Shown: positions 58,941 through 64,000 of the stretch, piece by piece
Layout of the letters: each line of letters starts with the position of its first letter
How positions within the stretch are numbered: the stretch's first letter is position 1
From: Planctomycetota bacterium
GTDB lineage: Bacteria; Planctomycetota; UBA8108; SXIK01
Length of the DNA: 64,000 nucleotides
Assembly (NCBI GenBank): GCA_965223845.1
Contig: CBDCXR010000004.1
Location: 1,984,001-2,048,000 of the forward strand
Direction: 5' to 3'
Program-made: the position numbers and the translations under genes
The notes under the pieces: model-generated
What the model was told of the DNA's origin: nothing
What the model saw: only the letters and a program-made list of their open reading frames with translations
The model's database searches: none

Positions 58941-60257
58941 ATGCCGCAAATCCCTACCCGAGCCCACTCTCCCTCGGATCGACCGCCCCCGGCGGGAAGG
59001 CTCGAGATCTTCTCGTGGATGCTCTTCGACTTCGCGAACTCGAGCTACACCACGGTCGTGATCACGGTCGCGTTCGCGGTGTACTTCGTCGAGGCGGTCG
59101 CACCCGCCGGTACGGACGGGCAGCTCTACTGGGGAGCCGCGATCGCCGTGTCGCAGTTCCTCGTTCTCTGTACGGCGCCGATCATCGGCGCGATCGCAGA
59201 CTACTCCGCGGCGAAGAAGAAGCTCCTGCTCGTCACGTTTATCGGCTGCGTGGCCGCGACCGCCGCGCTCGGCGTCGTTCGACCGGGGGATCTCTGGCTC
59301 GGCTTTGCGCTCCTCGTCGCGTCGAACGTCTTCTTCTCGAGCGGCGAGAACCTCATCGCGGCGTTCCTTCCCGAGATCGCCCCGCCCGACAAGATGGGAC
59401 GCATCAGCGGCTACGGTTGGGCGCTCGGCTACATCGGCGGTCTCGGCTCGCTCTTCGCGTGCTACCCGTTCTTCGCGGACGGATTCGGCGCCGAGAACAG
59501 CGTGAACATCCGCTGGGCGTTCGTCCTCGTCGCCTGCTTCTTCTTTGCGGGAGGACTGCCGACGGCTCTCTTTCTCCGCGAACGCGCCGTCGCCACGCGC
59601 CGAGCGACGGGTCGGAGCTACGCCGCGATCGGGTTCTCGCGGGTCTTCGGCACGCTGCGCGACCTGCGCGGGCACCGGCAGCTCTTTCGCTTCCTCGGGG
59701 TGTTCCTCGTCTACAATTGCGGCGTCCAGATCGTCATCACCTTCGGTGCGATCTTCGCCGAGTCCGAAATCGGAATGAGCGGCGGAGAGCTCATGATCTT
59801 CTTCATGATCCTCCAGGTCTCGGCGGCCGTGGGGGCGTTCGGATTCGGCGTGTTTCAGGACCGCGCGGGAGCGAAGGCCGCGCTCGCCCTCTCGCTTCTC
59901 GTCTGGATCGGCGTGACGCTCGGCGCGTACGTCGCCGAGACCGCGACTCATTTCTACGTTGTCGGGAACCTCGCCGGAGTCGCGATGGGCTCGGCGCAGA
60001 GCGGTGCCCGTGCGCTCGTCGGCACGTTCTCGCCGCCGGGACGGAGCGGCGAGTTTTTCGGATTTTGGGGGCTCGTGTGGAAGCTGAGCGCCGCGCTCGG
60101 CCCGCTCATGTTCGGGTTCGCGAGCTCGCAGCTCGGAATGCGATCGGCCGTCCTCCTCACGACGCTCTTCTTCGTCGTGGGCGTAGTCGGACTCACCTTC
60201 GTGGACGAACGCGAAGGGCGCCGGGAAGCCGAGTCAACTGAGACTCCAAAACGCTGA
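58941..60257 (+). CDS. MFS transporter (UMF1/Atg22-like)
   Basis: SWMLFDFANSSYTT, GAIADY, AFLPEIA...GRISGYGWALGYIGG, GEFFGFW; about 12 TMs. Confidence 0.9.
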   Translation: MPQIPTRAHSPSDRPPPAGRLEIFSWMLFDFANSSYTTVVITVAFAVYFVEAVAPAGTDGQLYWGAAIAVSQFLVLCTAPIIGAIADYSAAKKKLLLVTFIGCVAATAALGVVRPGDLWLGFALLVASNVFFSSGENLIAAFLPEIAPPDKMGRISGYGWALGYIGGLGSLFACYPFFADGFGAENSVNIRWAFVLVACFFFAGGLPTALFLRERAVATRRATGRSYAAIGFSRVFGTLRDLRGHRQLFRFLGVFLVYNCGVQIVITFGAIFAESEIGMSGGELMIFFMILQVSAAVGAFGFGVFQDRAGAKAALALSLLVWIGVTLGAYVAETATHFYVVGNLAGVAMGSAQSGARALVGTFSPPGRSGEFFGFWGLVWKLSAALGPLMFGFASSQLGMRSAVLLTTLFFVVGVVGLTFVDEREGRREAESTETPKR

Positions 60258-60272
60258 TCCCGTCGCGCGGCT

Positions 60273-61373
60273 TCACTCGTCGGCGGAGATCCACACGACG
60301 CCTGCCTCGGAGCCGGGATCCTGAGAGTCGTCACCCGCCGGGACCCATCGGAGCCCGGCCCGGGCGAGCGGATGAGCGAGGCGATACGTGACCCGGTGGC
60401 TGGGATCGGCGCGAAAGACGACCAGCTCGGCGGGGGCGTGTCCGTCGTCGCCGCGAACCCAAGATCCGGCGCGGGGGGGCTCGAACGCGACGATCTGCGC
60501 CGACTCCGGCAGCCGAGGAAACGAGCCCGGCGGCCAGGCGAACGATCGGAGCGGCGCGGTGGGCGGTTTCGCCGGCGCGGCGACGAGAAGCTCCGGGCGG
60601 AGCGCAATCTCGCCTTTCTGCTCGCGCCACGTCCGAACGTAGGTCGCCGCGATGCGGAGCGTGGCTCCGGGCGGGAGCGCGATCGCGGCGTCCGCTGCGA
60701 ACGAAAACTCGTCCTCGCCGCGCGTCCAGGTCCCGACGAGCTGAGAAGTCGAACCGTTTTCTACGAAGAGTCGACCGCGTCGGAGCGGAGCACCGGCACC
60801 GTCGGCGAGCTTCCACGCGTGGAGGAACGACTGCTCGCCGGCAGGGAACGACGCCTCGACCGTGACGCTCGCCTCACCGTCCGCGAGACGGAAGCTAGCG
60901 GACGACACGAACCGAGACCAAGTGCGCTCGATCGGCGGCGGCTCGCCCTCCGCCCGCCCTCCCTCCGCCTTCGCTCGCTCCGGCGCCCCGCCGCTCGCCC
61001 AGCTGACGATCGTGTCGATCTCTCGCGCCGAAAGACGAGAGCCGTTCTTCAGCGCGACGCCTCCGTCGACGTAGAGGGGCGGCATGTTCCGCTCGAGCAC
61101 CTGCTCCTTGATCGACTCCGCCCAAGGCCGAGCGGACGCGTACTCGCGAAGAGAGAACGGCGTCCCGCCACCGGGGCGATGGCAGCGCGTGCAGTGGCGT
61201 TCGAGGATCGGCAGAATGTCTTCGGAAAACCGGAACTTCGTGGTGACCGGCGTGTGCGCGGCCAGCTCGCCCACACCGAGCGAGAGGAGGCAGAGCGCAA
61301 GCCGGAAGACCGGCGCGGGCGGGAGGAAGCAGACTCCCGATCGGCGCGCTCTCTCGGTGGGTGGTTGATTCAT
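60273..61373 (-). CDS. Secreted c-type cytochrome domain protein with degenerate Cu-monooxygenase-like C-terminus
   Basis: Signal peptide; DILPILERHCTRCH (CxxCH), PFSL..Y..ARPWA..IK..V..RNMPP, W...GAPE. Confidence 0.75.
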   Translation of the reverse strand: MNQPPTERARRSGVCFLPPAPVFRLALCLLSLGVGELAAHTPVTTKFRFSEDILPILERHCTRCHRPGGGTPFSLREYASARPWAESIKEQVLERNMPPLYVDGGVALKNGSRLSAREIDTIVSWASGGAPERAKAEGGRAEGEPPPIERTWSRFVSSASFRLADGEASVTVEASFPAGEQSFLHAWKLADGAGAPLRRGRLFVENGSTSQLVGTWTRGEDEFSFAADAAIALPPGATLRIAATYVRTWREQKGEIALRPELLVAAPAKPPTAPLRSFAWPPGSFPRLPESAQIVAFEPPRAGSWVRGDDGHAPAELVVFRADPSHRVTYRLAHPLARAGLRWVPAGDDSQDPGSEAGVVWISADE

Positions 61374-61536
61374 CGGTCGATCCAAGCGATGACTTCTCTG
61401 GCCGACTTGACCCCTCTCCGCTCTCGCACGGACGGCTGCGAGCTGCGATGATCGGCGCGAACGAAACCACTCCCTCGACGACTCCATTCACGTCCCCATC
61501 CCTTCCACGATAGCCGCCGATCGCCCGCTCGTCACC

Positions 61537-62841
61537 GTGAACCGCCCTCGAGTTTCTTCGTCCCGTTCAGCCACTTTCCTGTCCCGAGCGCTCGTCGTAG
61601 TCCTCGCGTTGGCGGGAGCGAGCTGCGACGGCGACCGCGCGGCCGCACCCGCACCCTCACCGCCGGCGGCCACGGGCGCGAGCGGACCGTGGATCTGCCA
61701 CATGTGTACGGGGGTGAGCGGCCCGGAGGGTGGACAGTGCTCGCGCTGCGGCATGCGGCTCGTCCCCGCGAGCCCGGACGTCTCGTGGGTCTGTCTCACG
61801 CACCTCGACGAGGGCGCGATCGACATCGAATCCGGCGCGTGCCGGACCTGCGGCGAAGCCTTCGTCCCAACGGCGACGCGCGAGGTCTACACGTGCGCCC
61901 GCCATCCCGGGATCTCACTCGACGAGGCGGGCGAATGTCCTCTCTGCGGCGCCCATCTCGCCGCCGGACGCGTCGCCGTCACCTGGAGTTGTGCCCAGCA
62001 CCCGAAACACCGCGCGATCGGCGCGCGCGCGGGCGAACCGCCCCGCTGCAGCGACTGCGACGCGAGCCTCCAGGAGATGCGCTCGCCGCTTCCCCACGGC
62101 GACCACACCCCGAAACACGGGGGAGTCTTCTTCATGGCCGCGAATCGCTGGCATCACCTCGAAGGCACGCTGCCCGTCGCCGGCGAGTTTCGTCTCTTCC
62201 TCTACGACAACTTTACGCGTCCCCTCGACGCCGCGGACGTGGAGGCGCGCGCGATCATCACCGAATGGCTCGAGAGCGGAGAATCTCGCGCGGTCGGGGA
62301 TCCGGTTCCGCTCACCCGAGCCTCCGAGAACGAGTCGAACGTCCTCGTCGCTCGCTCCCCGCGACTCGAGCCGCCGCTCGACCTTCAAGTCGAGATCCGG
62401 CTCGACGCCGGGCGAGAAACCGAGAAGTTCGATTTTCGGTTCGAGACGATCACGGTCGAGCCCACCGCGGACGATGCGGAACCGGCGATCCCGCTCGAGC
62501 GAGTCGAGATTCCGTCCTCCCCGGAGGAGATCGTGGCCGCGGTGAAGCGACGCGCCGAGCTCGTCCGAAGGGCGCTCAGGGAGCGACGTCTCGCCGAGCT
62601 CTTTCGTCCGGCGCTCGAAGCGAAAGACCTCGCGCTCGCCCTCGAGGATTACCGCGACGACCTCGCGGCCCCCGACCGAATCGCGCTCGAACGAGCGCTC
62701 CAGGACGTCGTGCGCGGTGCGTGGCGCCTCGATCTCTACGGCGACGCCGGAAACCTCGAAGGCGCGACCGCCGCTGCGGTCGAGTTCGCCCGCGGGGTAG
62801 GGGAAATCGCGCGCATCTTCGCCGCGGCGGACGAGCCGTGA
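61537..62841 (+). CDS. Lipoprotein with four heavy-metal-binding (YTCPMHP-like) repeats and a His-rich domain
   Basis: Lipobox GASC; WICHMC..CSRCGM, WVCLTH..CRTCG, YTCARHP..CPLCG, WSCAQHP..CSDC; PHGDHTPKHGG...HHLEG. Confidence 0.8.
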   Translation: MNRPRVSSSRSATFLSRALVVVLALAGASCDGDRAAAPAPSPPAATGASGPWICHMCTGVSGPEGGQCSRCGMRLVPASPDVSWVCLTHLDEGAIDIESGACRTCGEAFVPTATREVYTCARHPGISLDEAGECPLCGAHLAAGRVAVTWSCAQHPKHRAIGARAGEPPRCSDCDASLQEMRSPLPHGDHTPKHGGVFFMAANRWHHLEGTLPVAGEFRLFLYDNFTRPLDAADVEARAIITEWLESGESRAVGDPVPLTRASENESNVLVARSPRLEPPLDLQVEIRLDAGRETEKFDFRFETITVEPTADDAEPAIPLERVEIPSSPEEIVAAVKRRAELVRRALRERRLAELFRPALEAKDLALALEDYRDDLAAPDRIALERALQDVVRGAWRLDLYGDAGNLEGATAAAVEFARGVGEIARIFAAADEP

Positions 62842-63530
62842 GCGACGCGCAGCTGACGGTGGATGTCCTCTACGAGGACGAAGCACTCGTCGTCGTCGAC
62901 AAGCCGGGCGGCATCCTCTGCCACCGCACCCGTGAGTCGTCCGACCGCGTGTTTCTCCTCCAGACGGTGGGGCGACAACTCGGTGCGCACCTCTATCCGA
63001 TCCATCGGCTCGACCGAGCGACCTCGGGGGCGATCGTGTTCGCTCGTAGCTCGAGCGATGCGCGACGACTACAGGAGTCCCTCACGGGGCCGGGCGCGCG
63101 GAAGGAGTACCTCACTCTCGTTCGCGGGAGCACACCGGAACTCTGGGAGTCGACGCGGCCGCTCTCGAAGACGAAGGGGAACCGCCAACCGGCTCACACC
63201 TCATTCGAAAAAATCGCGGAGTTCTCGCGCTGCTCGCTTCTCCGCGCGCGGCTTCACACCGGTCGGCGCAATCAGATCCGGCGCCACCTCGCGCACGCGG
63301 CGCATCAGGTGCTCGGCGATACCTCGTACGGAAAAGGGCGGATCAATCAGTACTTCCGGGAACACTACGGACTTCCGCGGCTCTTCCTCCACGCCCACCG
63401 CCTGGAGATCGACCACCCGCGGACGGACGAGCGGGTGACGTTCGTCGCGCCGCTCGCGACGGATCTCCGCGAGTTTCTCCTGCGCCTACCGGACGTGGAG
63501 CCGGACCTTCTCATCGCAAACGGGCTCTGA
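62838..63530 (+). CDS. RluA/TruC family pseudouridine synthase
   Basis: VLYED..LVVVDKPGG, catalytic HRLDRATSG, TGRRNQIRRHL, GD..YG, LFLHA; GTGA overlap with the upstream stop. The N-terminal extension to 61689 in the ORF track is a shadow frame. Confidence 0.93.
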   Translation: MSDAQLTVDVLYEDEALVVVDKPGGILCHRTRESSDRVFLLQTVGRQLGAHLYPIHRLDRATSGAIVFARSSSDARRLQESLTGPGARKEYLTLVRGSTPELWESTRPLSKTKGNRQPAHTSFEKIAEFSRCSLLRARLHTGRRNQIRRHLAHAAHQVLGDTSYGKGRINQYFREHYGLPRLFLHAHRLEIDHPRTDERVTFVAPLATDLREFLLRLPDVEPDLLIANGL

Positions 63531-64000
63531 GCGCTCTCGCAGAGGCGAAATCGCGAGCTCGTCGACGGAACGCCGGGGAAAAGCGGTTGAGCCGCGCGCC
63601 CGAGCGGGCCAGAATCTGCGATATCACTTCTTCGGCGTCAGCTCTCCGCCCCCTGCGAGCGGCATGTCGCGGACCCTCCTTCACGGGTTCTCGAGCGACG
63701 GTTCCCCACCGTCGGTGCGACTCTGACGCAGCCGAGTTGACTCTGCCCGACACCTCTTCGAGCGTCCGGAACGGCCGAGAATCTGCCGCGAGTTCCGCGG
63801 TGCATGCCGCGAGTGGTCCCGGCACCCGCGTCCGGCCGAAGCGAGTAGAGGCGAAACTCAGACGGTCAACGTCTACGAGAGATACCTTGTTGCGATTCAC
63901 GTCCCCGACGCCGAGTCCGTTCGCTACCGGCGGGCCGCCCGCTCCGAAACGGGGCGGACGCGGAACCGCCGGAGTCGCTGTGGCGCTCGCGCTCGCCGTG

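Noticed and set aside
63511-64000. Minus-strand frame open to the window edge
   Set aside because: No recognisable motif; cannot be distinguished from a chance ORF without the adjacent sequence.

Overview
High-GC bacterial chromosome window, most consistent with an uncultured Planctomycetota lineage (inferred from RRGD-type dockerin-like tails, a planctomycete-type ECF sigma/FecR pair, ASPIC/UnbV, and prenyltransferase-repeat proteins). About 37 CDSs are supported. Housekeeping genes: topA, dapL, leuC/leuD, glnK-amtB-porin and a pseudouridine synthase. Envelope modules: DoxX-ApbE-Tat oxidoreductase; TPR-ExbB-ExbD plus a TonB-like fusion protein; a spermidine-synthase-like/TPR/ASPIC/kinase operon; three secreted proteins with dockerin-like tails, one with tandem cohesin-like domains and one split by a frameshift. 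No rRNA, tRNA, CRISPR array or transposase was found. The most unusual signal is at about 53.6-55.1 kb on the minus strand. A 122-aa histone-H1-like ORF (66% Lys+Arg) sits in the loop of a long series of nested helices formed between its 5' and 3' flanks. A further ~600 nt of hairpin-rich non-coding sequence lies upstream and an intrinsic terminator lies downstream. This is a candidate large structured RNA carrying an embedded basic protein. All structure and family calls were made by eye; no folding or database search was run.
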